Shown here: positions 9,881 to 18,369 of the stretch, one piece after another
How the letters are laid out: every line of letters starts with the position of its first letter
Numbering within the stretch: position 1 is the first letter of the stretch
The notes under the pieces: generated by a model
The model's database searches: none
The model's input: only the letters and a program-made list of their open reading frames with translations
What the model was told of the DNA's origin: nothing
Source: an uncultured virus (IMG/VR IMGVR_UViG_3300044996_000468)
Lineage: Duplodnaviria; Heunggongvirae; Uroviricota; Caudoviricetes
Reading direction: 5' to 3' (one strand)
Virus record (IMG/VR): IMGVR_UViG_3300044996_000468
Span: 1-64,000 of that record
DNA: 64,000 nt
Made by a program: the position numbers and the translations under genes

Positions 9881-10435
9881 ATGCGCGAGCGAGCAGTCGG
9901 TGGGTACGAGCCGGATGACGTCGAACAGCGTGAGCTGGTCGAGCTGTGGCACCTCTCGCGGGGGATGGCGCCGTTCAGTGTCGAGCTGCTTTCGAAGCAC
10001 GGCACGCCGCGCGGCGTCCGAATCGCGTGGGTGGTCGATGAGTACATGAAGCAGCACGAGGGCAAGCCGAACGTCAAGCGCAAGTGGATCTACGTCTGGT
10101 GTGAGGCTGCACTCGGTCACTTGGTCGATCGCACGGTCACCGAGGTCGACTCACGCGGGCGCGGCGGCGTGGTCGCCGCTCAGCAGTGGATGTCGTGCTG
10201 CACGCATCACGCGACCGGTGGACCGACAACGGTCGCGTGCTCCGACGAAGTCTGGCACCGCCGCGCGCGAGTTCGCGTCCACGGTGGTGAAGTCACCGTC
10301 GGCGTGACTCGTATCTCGGACGTCGTGCCGCGCGATGATCTCAAGGTCTGCAAGGAGTGCAAGCTGCCGCGCCTCATGCACGGCACGCCGATGACCAACT
10401 GTACTGCGATGACGTCGTCACCGAGGAGCAAGTGA
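9881..10435 (+). CDS. hypothetical protein
   Basis: 184-aa ORF with RBS; C-terminal CKEC..H..C. Confidence 0.55.
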   Translation: MRERAVGGYEPDDVEQRELVELWHLSRGMAPFSVELLSKHGTPRGVRIAWVVDEYMKQHEGKPNVKRKWIYVWCEAALGHLVDRTVTEVDSRGRGGVVAAQQWMSCCTHHATGGPTTVACSDEVWHRRARVRVHGGEVTVGVTRISDVVPRDDLKVCKECKLPRLMHGTPMTNCTAMTSSPRSK

Positions 10436-10637
10436 TGCGAGGCCGACGGAAGCAGTCACCACCGCCTCCCCAGTCACCGCCTTTCCAAAAGGGTATTACG
10501 GCGTGGCTTGCAGCGAAGACGCAGATGGATACGGACGGACTTACCGTTAATCTATTTCGTCAAGTCGCGAAATGTATGTACGCGGAGTTGGCGGAGGAAG
10601 TTTCACCTACGCTCGGTGGCCGTCAACGTTGGCGGCA

Positions 10638-11225
10638 TCACCCGACGCTTCGAACAGCGGCGCTTCGTGCGAGGCGCAACGCGAGCCAACTGAGTCCGAC
10701 GACGCTCCCGACTACAACTAGACCGGCGGCGACCTTTGCACCCGTCGATGACGTCGGCGGCGCGGCTGGCTTCACGAGCGCGAGTTGATCTTTCAACCAC
10801 TGGTTTGGATCGATCGTGTTCGGTGGGATGACCCCAAGACGTTGCTTGCGGACCTCCCAGTGCGTGTGCCCAGTGGCCGCGTCGAATTTCGCGAGGAGCG
10901 TGCCCTCAAGCACCGTCTGACCAGGACGCACCGTGATCGAATTGAAATCGAGATGCGAGAGCAGGTGGAAGAAGCCACTCTTGCCCTGCATTAGTACAAC
11001 GCCGGGACCGTAGCCGACAAACGGCGCTGAGTTGCCGTCGGCAACATCGATGACGGTACCGTCCTCGGGTGCGAACACCTGCGGCGCGGTCGCGAACATG
11101 TCGACCCCGAAGTGCTGACACGGGAACGTCCCGATGCCGCACGAGCCGTCGGCAGGCGTTTGTCGAACGCACCCGAAGCAACCCGTCCGGTGCGTGTCGA
11201 ACGGTCCGGTCGGGAAGCGCGCCAC
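10638..11225 (-). CDS. M23 metallopeptidase with C-terminal TM
   Basis: HFGVD, LSHL, HTHWEV; TM ending VGLSWLALRLAR, same core as 5400..6098. Confidence 0.85.
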   Translation of the reverse strand: MARFPTGPFDTHRTGCFGCVRQTPADGSCGIGTFPCQHFGVDMFATAPQVFAPEDGTVIDVADGNSAPFVGYGPGVVLMQGKSGFFHLLSHLDFNSITVRPGQTVLEGTLLAKFDAATGHTHWEVRKQRLGVIPPNTIDPNQWLKDQLALVKPAAPPTSSTGAKVAAGLVVVGSVVGLSWLALRLARSAAVRSVG

Positions 11226-11226
11226 G

Positions 11227-11841
11227 TTACGCCGCCCTGCGACGACGCGCCATCACGACGCCGACGGTGATCGAAGCCGCAACGATCGCGCCTGTGATCA
11301 CGAGTGCGAAGAAGCGCTTGGGAGGCGATGGCGTCGCATCGGCGAGCATCATCTTCTTGCGCCGGGGGATTACAACCACGCCGACGCGGTCACGGAACTG
11401 CCAGCGCTGATCGAATTCGCGGCGTGAGATCGTGCGACGATTGCCGCGAACGTTCGGGTCCATAACGACCACGTTGGTCGGCTTCACCTTGGTGGCGACG
11501 ACGAAGTGGCCTTGGCCTGGACGTGTGAAGCTGCGGATCGCTACGATCACTGGAACATCGCTGTTGGTGTACGACCCCAACTCGTCGATGTTGCTGAAGC
11601 GCCGTGTCTGTGCGAAGTAGTTGCGTCGACGGGCGGCCATCGTGACCTGCCATGCCGTGGAGCCCGCCTTGGGATCGATGCCGATTTCGCGGATCAGAGT
11701 CGACTCGTCGACGTGATCGCCCCAGTGTCCCATCACCGCCTTGAGTGCGGCGGCACCGCACGAGTATGGCTGGATCTGTTGGTAGGGCGCTACCTCACCC
11801 AACCCAGCATCACCAAGACCTTGGGATTGTAGTGCCAACAT
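11227..11841 (-). CDS. C39-family cysteine peptidase with GLG-containing leader, C-terminal TM and Arg tail
   Basis: QQIQPYSCGAAAL (Q..C), GHFVV (H), VMDP (D); leader MLALQSQGLGDAGLG; tail MARRRRAA. Confidence 0.9.
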   Translation of the reverse strand: MLALQSQGLGDAGLGEVAPYQQIQPYSCGAAALKAVMGHWGDHVDESTLIREIGIDPKAGSTAWQVTMAARRRNYFAQTRRFSNIDELGSYTNSDVPVIVAIRSFTRPGQGHFVVATKVKPTNVVVMDPNVRGNRRTISRREFDQRWQFRDRVGVVVIPRRKKMMLADATPSPPKRFFALVITGAIVAASITVGVVMARRRRAA

Positions 11842-11873
11842 TGTCCGCGTACTTCGAATGGTATCATGCTGCG

Positions 11874-12449
11874 GTGCCGCGCCACGTGATCACCGCGCCG
11901 GACGATCCTCCGACGATGACCTGTCCTTCGGGACCGATGGTCTATCTCGCAGGCCCGATCCAGGGCTCGGCGAACTGGCAGATGGAGGCGATCCAAATTC
12001 TTGATGATCTGGCGCCTGAGCTTCACGTCGCGTCGCCGCGGGCGAAGGACTTCAAGGGTGGCGCCGAGAGGTTTCTTGCGTGGGAGCAGCAGGCACTTGT
12101 TCGTGCGGCGGCGGACGGCGTCGTGTTGTTCTGGTTGGCGAAGGAGACCAAGCATCACTGCAGTCGACCGTATGCTGCGAACGCACGCTTCGAACTGGGC
12201 GAGCTGGCCGTGAAGGCGGCCACAGGTCTTTTGTGCGTCGTCGTTGGAATCGAACAAGGTTTCCCGGGCGGGAAGTACTTGCAGCGTCGGTTGACACTCT
12301 CGTACCCACAGATTCCGATCTGTCGAACACTTCGTCAGACGTGTGCGGTTGCGGCCGAGCGTGCTTGCGTCGACACGCTCTCAGCGGCGCTTCCACGATC
12401 GTTGGCCGAGCTGTTCGTGGTGCCGTCGTTCGGCCGGAACAACGGTTAG
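11874..12449 (+). CDS. nucleoside 2-deoxyribosyltransferase-like protein
   Basis: VYLAGPIQG...WQ, SPR, WE, VLFW, RFELGE; start uncertain. Confidence 0.7.
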   Translation: MPRHVITAPDDPPTMTCPSGPMVYLAGPIQGSANWQMEAIQILDDLAPELHVASPRAKDFKGGAERFLAWEQQALVRAAADGVVLFWLAKETKHHCSRPYAANARFELGELAVKAATGLLCVVVGIEQGFPGGKYLQRRLTLSYPQIPICRTLRQTCAVAAERACVDTLSAALPRSLAELFVVPSFGRNNG

Positions 12450-12835
12450 AAGCCAGCGCGCTTGAGTGCTTCGTCGATCTCTTCTTCGACGGCTCTGGCG
12501 AGGTTGTGCTTCTGATCGATGGTGAGGCGCTTCCACGCCTGTACAGTCATCCTTTCGGGCGACTGCCACTCGAACACGCCGACCATCTGCGTGAGCGCCG
12601 CGACCTTGCTCCTGCTTCGACTGAATACAACGCGTTCCGCGAGCCACTTCGGGCCGAAGCCGTAGTTGCCTCCGAGCAACCAGCCAACTCGCTCCCCAAC
12701 AATTTGGGGCGTATCGCGCATGGCCTCGAAGAAGTCGTCGCGCGCTGCTTGTCGATCGACGAGCGGAGCTGCGTTGACTTCCTGGGCCTGCCTGCGCGCG
12801 ATCGCGATCTCGCGCTTCTCGTAGTCACCGGACAT
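12446..12835 (-). CDS. hypothetical protein
   Basis: 129-aa ORF directly downstream of 12839..13099. Confidence 0.6.
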   Translation of the reverse strand: MSGDYEKREIAIARRQAQEVNAAPLVDRQAARDDFFEAMRDTPQIVGERVGWLLGGNYGFGPKWLAERVVFSRSRSKVAALTQMVGVFEWQSPERMTVQAWKRLTIDQKHNLARAVEEEIDEALKRAGF

Positions 12836-12838
12836 GAG

Positions 12839-13099
12839 TTACCGATGGCGACGGCGACGGGCGATCTTCTTGAGGGCCATCATCTTGCCGCCGCTTCCGA
12901 CGACCTTGTACGACGTCTTGCGCCCGCGCTTCAGCGGACAGACGCGGATTTTGCCGACGGGGCAGTAGCGACCTTTGCCCTTGTAGCGGCGGCCACCGAT
13001 CTTGATGCTGCAGTCGCTGGCCGTGAACGTTCGGCAGTAGGCCGACTTGCCGTGCCGAGCAGCCGTGAACCGACGACGACGCTTTCTGCGCTTTGCCAT
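12839..13099 (-). CDS. small highly basic Cys-containing protein (putative DNA-condensing)
   Basis: MAKRRKRRRR...RRRRHR. Confidence 0.7.
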   Translation of the reverse strand: MAKRRKRRRRFTAARHGKSAYCRTFTASDCSIKIGGRRYKGKGRYCPVGKIRVCPLKRGRKTSYKVVGSGGKMMALKKIARRRRHR

Positions 13100-13138
13100 A
13101 CCCTATCCATACCATCGATCGCGCACGGGAAGCGAGTT

Positions 13139-13154
13139 GATCGCGCGAGCGATC
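13139..13154. promoter_or_regulatory. palindromic motif GATCG-N6-CGATC, copy 2
   Basis: GATCGCGCGAGCGATC between divergent genes; partial copy at 13117. Confidence 0.6.
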
Positions 13155-13216
13155 GGGGGTACCGTTCAGGCACCTCGCTCGACTTCGTCGAGCCCGGCTA
13201 CGGCTAGGAGGCGATC

Positions 13217-13567
13217 ATGGCTCTGGTTCTGAAACGCGAAGGCGCGTCGCCCAATCTTCTGAAGTACAGCGTCGTGGCCGACGCCGAGGGCGGTGAAGTC
13301 GTGTTGAGCCGTGATGCCTTGATTCGAGACACCGTACGCGGACCCTTGCAGACGTACGTCGAACGCGGTGTTCGCGTCGACGATCCCTGCCGCTACCTCC
13401 TGTGCAACCCGTCGATGCGGACTTTCGTGACGCCACGGACGTTCGCGCGAGTTGCTGTCGACGCGGTCACCGAAGGTCCGTCGTCGGCAGTCGCCTTCAA
13501 GATCATGGCAGAGCCCAACGCGACTGCGATCGTTGCGCTCGAATTTCGACACACACTCGCAGCGTAA
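13217..13567 (+). CDS. hypothetical protein
   Basis: AGGAGG RBS. Confidence 0.7.
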   Translation: MALVLKREGASPNLLKYSVVADAEGGEVVLSRDALIRDTVRGPLQTYVERGVRVDDPCRYLLCNPSMRTFVTPRTFARVAVDAVTEGPSSAVAFKIMAEPNATAIVALEFRHTLAA

Positions 13568-13576
13568 AGGGACCCC

Positions 13577-13969
13577 ATGAGCAAGAACGCAGGACAACTT
13601 CTTTGGAACCGCCAACGGATCAATCTCCCGGCGGGAACGACGCAAGTCAACACCGGTCTCACCCAGATCAACCGGTCGTTCGAAAGCGAGTCGATCGGCG
13701 AACCACCACTCGGTGTGACTGCGGCGCCTCCAGGGCCGGCGCCTGGCACGTTGCCGGCATCACGTGTCCAGGTCATCCCGCTCGCTCAGACGGACAAGTG
13801 GGCCAACGTCACCCACGGCGAGCCGTACCTCAACCCGGCGACGAACACGATTTTCGTCGCGTTTCAGAACGCCTCTGAGATTGGCATCACCGATCTCAAC
13901 GTCCTGTTCTGGTTGCCGCACTCGATGATCGGTCCGGGCGACGCCGATACGTACAACCTCGCGGACTAG
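13577..13969 (+). CDS. small beta-rich protein, paralog A (putative structural)
   Basis: Clear paralog of 17894..18289 (shared NRSFESESIGEPPLGVT and GPGDADTYN). Confidence 0.8.
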   Translation: MSKNAGQLLWNRQRINLPAGTTQVNTGLTQINRSFESESIGEPPLGVTAAPPGPAPGTLPASRVQVIPLAQTDKWANVTHGEPYLNPATNTIFVAFQNASEIGITDLNVLFWLPHSMIGPGDADTYNLAD

Positions 13970-13976
13970 TCGGAAC

Positions 13977-14468
13977 ATGCTCCGGCGGTATTGCTGGAAC
14001 GATCCATCGACGTTCCTCGACGCGCTTCGAGGGGAGGTTCTTCGTCGCGCATCACTCACGCCGTCGTTCTTCTCGCACAACGTCGGCGGTTGGCGCTCCG
14101 AAGACGATTTTTTCGAATGGCCGTTGGAGCAGGCGACACAGCTCCGTGTGCGCTTCGCCGAGATCGTCGGTGAGTTACCGTCGACCAAGGACCCTCATAC
14201 GTACCGGTATCGTGCATGGGCGATCGTGAACCGCGCAGGTAGTTTCCACCGCAGACACGTCCACGGAGGATCTATCTGGTCGGGCGTCTTCTATGTCGAC
14301 GCGGGCGGTCATCCGAGTGCGCGAACACTTTTCGAAATCGAAGGACGAGTCTTTCACATCGATCCAGAATCGGGCCTGATGACGGTGTTTCCGTCGTGCA
14401 CACCTCACAGCGTAGAACCTCACCTCGGCGGCGGCGAACGCGTTACGATCGCCTTTGACGCATATTAG
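13977..14468 (+). CDS. 2OG-Fe(II) oxygenase family protein
   Basis: WAIVN...HVH, WSGVFYV, FPS..PHSVEP...ERVTIAF. Confidence 0.8.
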   Translation: MLRRYCWNDPSTFLDALRGEVLRRASLTPSFFSHNVGGWRSEDDFFEWPLEQATQLRVRFAEIVGELPSTKDPHTYRYRAWAIVNRAGSFHRRHVHGGSIWSGVFYVDAGGHPSARTLFEIEGRVFHIDPESGLMTVFPSCTPHSVEPHLGGGERVTIAFDAY

Positions 14469-14477
14469 GAGGCACAC

Positions 14478-14660
14478 ATGTTAGCGATGACGTTTAGTGG
14501 TCCGCGTGGCGGACACGGTGGAGGGCACGGTGGTGGCGGACATGGCGGTGGACACGGCGGTGGCGGTTTCCGTCGCGGCGGCGGTTTTCGTCGCGGCGGT
14601 GGATGGTGGCCCAACTACTACGGCTACGGTCCTGAGGTTGTAGTCCTCCCGCCCGTATAG
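14478..14660 (+). CDS. Gly/His/Arg-rich small protein (frame continues past TAG to 14771)
   Basis: AGGAGG RBS; GGHGGG and GGGFRR repeats. Confidence 0.65.
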   Translation: MLAMTFSGPRGGHGGGHGGGGHGGGHGGGGFRRGGGFRRGGGWWPNYYGYGPEVVVLPPV

Positions 14661-14757
14661 ACGGACTGTCAGTTCACGATCCGAATGCCGACCGGTGAGC
14701 AGATCATCGTGGTTGGTCCGTGTCCGACGGCGCTGACCCAACCCGTCAACGCGTTGA

Positions 14758-15447
14758 TCACGCCGCGCTGAGCGTTGTCAGCCGGCGTGCCGCGATCAAC
14801 CAATCGGTGGCTTCATCCGGGATGGCTGTGTGTTCGGCGTGCGAGAGCGTGCGCCACGACGGTGGTACGTATCGTCGAGGGCTGGTGTTGTTGACGTGCG
14901 TCGATGCGATCAGGAAGGTCCGTGCAGGCATCGCTGGGCGTTCACGGTGTGCGTTGCACCAGAGGACGTCTTCGCCCGAGTCGACGTCATCGAAGGGATG
15001 CTTGTGCCAGAGGTCACGTAGGTATAGGAGCGACGCACCAACAGCTCCGGGAAGCTCGGCCGAATATGTGTACTGCCAGTAGTCGCCGGTTCGCAGGTCG
15101 AAGAACGGAAGTGTCCGTAGTCCTGAAACTGCGACACCGCCCGCACGAAGGACGCCAACCTGCTCTTGAAGTCGCCACGGTGCGTACCAATCGTCGTCAT
15201 CCCAGTGCGCCACGATGGTGCCGCGAGCGTGCGTGAGCCCGAGGTTGCGTTTGGCGCCGAGTCTGAGGCCGTCTGTTTCGATGAACCGGATGCGTTCGTC
15301 GTTTGGCAGCAGTGACGCGATTGGTCGTGGTCCGACGACGATCAGCTCACGATTGTCGTAGGTCTGTGCCTGCCAGCAGCGGAGCGTGAGAGGAATCCAG
15401 AGGGCGCGCCGAACGGTCGTCGGCATGATCGCACTTACGAGTGTCAT
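14758..15447 (-). CDS. glycosyltransferase family 2
   Basis: VSAIMPT, ELIVV, LGAKRNLG, AHWDDDDWY, GED. Confidence 0.9.
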   Translation of the reverse strand: MTLVSAIMPTTVRRALWIPLTLRCWQAQTYDNRELIVVGPRPIASLLPNDERIRFIETDGLRLGAKRNLGLTHARGTIVAHWDDDDWYAPWRLQEQVGVLRAGGVAVSGLRTLPFFDLRTGDYWQYTYSAELPGAVGASLLYLRDLWHKHPFDDVDSGEDVLWCNAHRERPAMPARTFLIASTHVNNTSPRRYVPPSWRTLSHAEHTAIPDEATDWLIAARRLTTLSAA

Positions 15448-15486
15448 CGTTGAAATCGGCGGTGAGGATCTTCATCATACCGTTCG

Positions 15487-16137
15487 ATGCAGGTGATCGT
15501 CAGCATGACGTCGATTCCGGCGCGCAACGGCCGACTCGCGTCGACGCTCGCCTCGTTGCAATCACAGACACGGCTGCCAGACGAGATTCGGCTCTACCTC
15601 GGGCCTGGATGTGCGCTCGTCGCAGACGTGACGTGCGTCGATGTTGAAGATCGCGGGCCGATCACCAAGTTGTCAGCGGTCGTGGATCCAGAAATTCCTG
15701 ACGACGCGTTGATTGTTACCGTCGACGACGACATCCTCTACGAACCGACTTGGCTGGAGACGTTGGTGGCTGCCGCTGAAGCGTCGCCGGGAGCGGTAGT
15801 TGGACGTTCGGGCTGGTTGGTTGCAGACTTCCTGCGTAGCGAGCATCACGGCTACTTCATCTGGGCGCAGGAAGACACGTGCGACGTCCTAGAAGGCTGG
15901 GCGGGCGTTGCCTATCGCAAGAGCTTCTTCGACGGATCCGTACTCGAACCGCCGCCGGAGTTTCGACTTGTCGATGACGTTTGGATCTCTGGTTACCTCT
16001 ATCGGCGTGGTATCGAACGTCGCATCGTTCGTCCACCGATGGCCATCCCCGATCCGAAGGGTCTGCCGGGTCTTCACAACAGGTCTGACTTCGTCAAACT
16101 CAACCGCAAAGCCGCACGGATCGCCTTCGCACCATGA
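15487..16137 (+). CDS. GT-A fold glycosyltransferase-like protein
   Basis: IVSMTSIPAR, GPITKL, TVDDDILY, DDVWISG. Confidence 0.75.
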   Translation: MQVIVSMTSIPARNGRLASTLASLQSQTRLPDEIRLYLGPGCALVADVTCVDVEDRGPITKLSAVVDPEIPDDALIVTVDDDILYEPTWLETLVAAAEASPGAVVGRSGWLVADFLRSEHHGYFIWAQEDTCDVLEGWAGVAYRKSFFDGSVLEPPPEFRLVDDVWISGYLYRRGIERRIVRPPMAIPDPKGLPGLHNRSDFVKLNRKAARIAFAP

Positions 16138-17345
16138 ACCCTATCAAGCTGTCCATCTGCATCAGTTCGCTCAACAGTCGGCACGCAACGTTGCACCGTC
16201 TCGTACGGCAGCTCCAGACACAACCACGTAGCGACGAGATCGAGATCCTGATCGCTGCCGACGAGCGACGACATCCCACCGGTGCCAAGCGCAATCGGTT
16301 GGTGGCTTCTGCCGTTGGTGCCTACGTCGTTCACATCGACGACGATGACATGGTTGCGGTCGACTACGTCCCCAAGGTACTTGCTGCGATCGATGCGAAT
16401 CGTGGCGTCGACGTCATCCTGCTTCGCGGTCGCCGTACGCATGTGGGTGGAGCTGCAGTCGTGTTCGACTATCGGCTCGGCGGTGAAGAAGGCGAAGTCG
16501 ACAAGAACGGCGTCCTCTGGCGCAACCCGGCCCATTTGTGTCCCATCCGTGCGGACATCGCCAAGTCGGTTCCGTTTGAGGAGATCTGGTTCGCTGAAGA
16601 TGTTCGTTGGCTCGAACAGGTCAAGCCTCTTCTCAAGACCGCTGCGCGCGCAGGCACACCTAACGAAGTGCTCTACAACTACCTATGGGAACCTAACAAG
16701 GACGTCTATATCTCCATGGTCACCGATCCGAAAGCCCCCAAGCCCGTCATGAAGATCGGCGGCGTCGTCATCGCAAACCCGGCAGCGACCGTCGACGTTT
16801 CCGATCACGAGTGCATCTTCGCGCCACAGTACGTCGAGCGATCAGGACCCGGCTCGACGGTCGAATTCAGTGCGCCGTACCGCGAGTTTCTGCGCAACTT
16901 CATCCGCGATCTGAAGATCCGTTCGATCGTCGATCTCGGCTGCGGTGACATGACCATCATGTCGAACGTCGACATGAACGACGCGCAATACCTAGGACTC
17001 GACGTCATTCCCGAACGCATCAAGCGCAACCGCGTGAAGTGTCCGCAGCTGGCTTTCGAGCATCGCGACATTCACAAGGGGCCGTTCCCGGCTGCGGACC
17101 TCTTCATTTGCAAGGATGTCGTCCAACACTGGTCGAACGAGGACATCCAAGGCTGGCTCGTCGATCTGCGAAGGGCACACTTTCGCTTCGCGCTCGTTAC
17201 AAACTGCAACTACGGGCCGACGGTCAACACCAAGATCGCGACCGGCGGCTGGCGTGCAATCGACTTGACCAAATCGCCGTTCTCCGTCGGCGAAGTCGTC
17301 TTCACCTGGGGCAACAAGGATGTCGTCCTACTGCGAGGCATGTGA
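16134..17345 (+). CDS. GT2 glycosyltransferase fused to class I SAM methyltransferase
   Basis: GAKRNRL, HIDDDD, AEDV in the N half; SGPGS, IVDLGCGD, KDVVQHW in the C half. Confidence 0.85.
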   Translation: MNPIKLSICISSLNSRHATLHRLVRQLQTQPRSDEIEILIAADERRHPTGAKRNRLVASAVGAYVVHIDDDDMVAVDYVPKVLAAIDANRGVDVILLRGRRTHVGGAAVVFDYRLGGEEGEVDKNGVLWRNPAHLCPIRADIAKSVPFEEIWFAEDVRWLEQVKPLLKTAARAGTPNEVLYNYLWEPNKDVYISMVTDPKAPKPVMKIGGVVIANPAATVDVSDHECIFAPQYVERSGPGSTVEFSAPYREFLRNFIRDLKIRSIVDLGCGDMTIMSNVDMNDAQYLGLDVIPERIKRNRVKCPQLAFEHRDIHKGPFPAADLFICKDVVQHWSNEDIQGWLVDLRRAHFRFALVTNCNYGPTVNTKIATGGWRAIDLTKSPFSVGEVVFTWGNKDVVLLRGM

Positions 17346-17893
17346 TGCATCTCCACGAAATTCTCACTGCCGAGTTCAACCGTTTCGGCAACGCACCGCT
17401 CAACATCATCGAGACCGGTACGATTCGCGGCGACAGTGAGGCGTCTCGCCTCGGTGACGGCTGGTCGACGCTCTGGTTCGCAGAGCGTCGTGCGCGATGC
17501 GGCGGTGAGCTGCTCTCGATCGACCTGGACGTGTCGACGGCGGCAACGGTGCTCGCCGAGCACGGCGTCGCGGATGGCGTCGAACTGGAACAAGGCCACA
17601 GCATCGATCGTCTGGCGTTCCGTTGCCGTCGAGGTCGACGATGGGACGTCATCCTTCTCGACAGCGACAACGACGCACAGCTCATCCTGCACGAGTTTCT
17701 GATCGCGCAGCACCTCGTCACCGATGGCGGTCTCGTCATGATCGATGACGTCCGTATGCCGAACCAACCGATCGGCGCCCTCAAGGGCGATCAGGTATGG
17801 CCCTACATCAAGAAGCGCGGTCTCGCGCATCACATCGTAGAGCGTGAAGGCTGGAACGGTTATCGCACGGGCGTACTCACCGTCCAGCTGTGA
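17345..17893 (+). CDS. class I SAM methyltransferase (Methyltransf_24-like)
   Basis: IIETGT, SIDLD, ILLDS, GGLVMIDD, KG; TGATG overlap. Confidence 0.75.
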   Translation: MHLHEILTAEFNRFGNAPLNIIETGTIRGDSEASRLGDGWSTLWFAERRARCGGELLSIDLDVSTAATVLAEHGVADGVELEQGHSIDRLAFRCRRGRRWDVILLDSDNDAQLILHEFLIAQHLVTDGGLVMIDDVRMPNQPIGALKGDQVWPYIKKRGLAHHIVEREGWNGYRTGVLTVQL

Positions 17894-18289
17894 CTACTGG
17901 CCGGGGTTGTACGTGTCCGCGTCGCCGGGTCCCACGATCGAGTGTGGATCCCAGAAGAGCACGTTCGGTGTCACTGTCACCGGTGGCGAGCTGGTGTTGG
18001 TGAACGTGACCTTTACGGTGTTGGTCGCTGGGTCGACGAACGGCTCGCCGTGGGTGATGCCTGTCCAGTCCGATAGCGGCGCCATCGGGATCACCTGGAT
18101 ACGCGACGCCGGAAGGGTACCGTCGGCAGGTCCCGGTGGTGCCACTGTCACACCGAGAGGCGGTTCGCCGATCGACTCGCTCTCGAACGACCTGTTGACC
18201 TGGGTGAGACCGGTGTCGATGGTCGTCACGCCGCCCGCCAGCGTCATGCGCTGACGATTCCAGAGAAGCTGTCCTGCCTTCTTGCTCAT
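17894..18289 (-). CDS. small beta-rich protein, paralog B (putative structural)
   Basis: Paralog of 13577..13969 in inverted orientation; AGGAG RBS. Confidence 0.8.
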   Translation of the reverse strand: MSKKAGQLLWNRQRMTLAGGVTTIDTGLTQVNRSFESESIGEPPLGVTVAPPGPADGTLPASRIQVIPMAPLSDWTGITHGEPFVDPATNTVKVTFTNTSSPPVTVTPNVLFWDPHSIVGPGDADTYNPGQ

Positions 18290-18353
18290 GGTTTCTCCTG
18301 TGCCGTAGCCGGATCCCGCAAAATGCGGGACGAGGTTCCATGAAGCTACACCC

Positions 18354-18369
18354 GATCGCGCGAGCGATC
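18354..18369. promoter_or_regulatory. palindromic motif GATCG-N6-CGATC, copy 3
   Basis: GATCGCGCGAGCGATC upstream of 17894..18289. Confidence 0.6.

Noticed and set aside
14478..14610. DNA tandem repeat element in the GGC-rich stretch
   Set aside because: Explained by Gly-rich protein coding (GGHGGG, GGGFRR).
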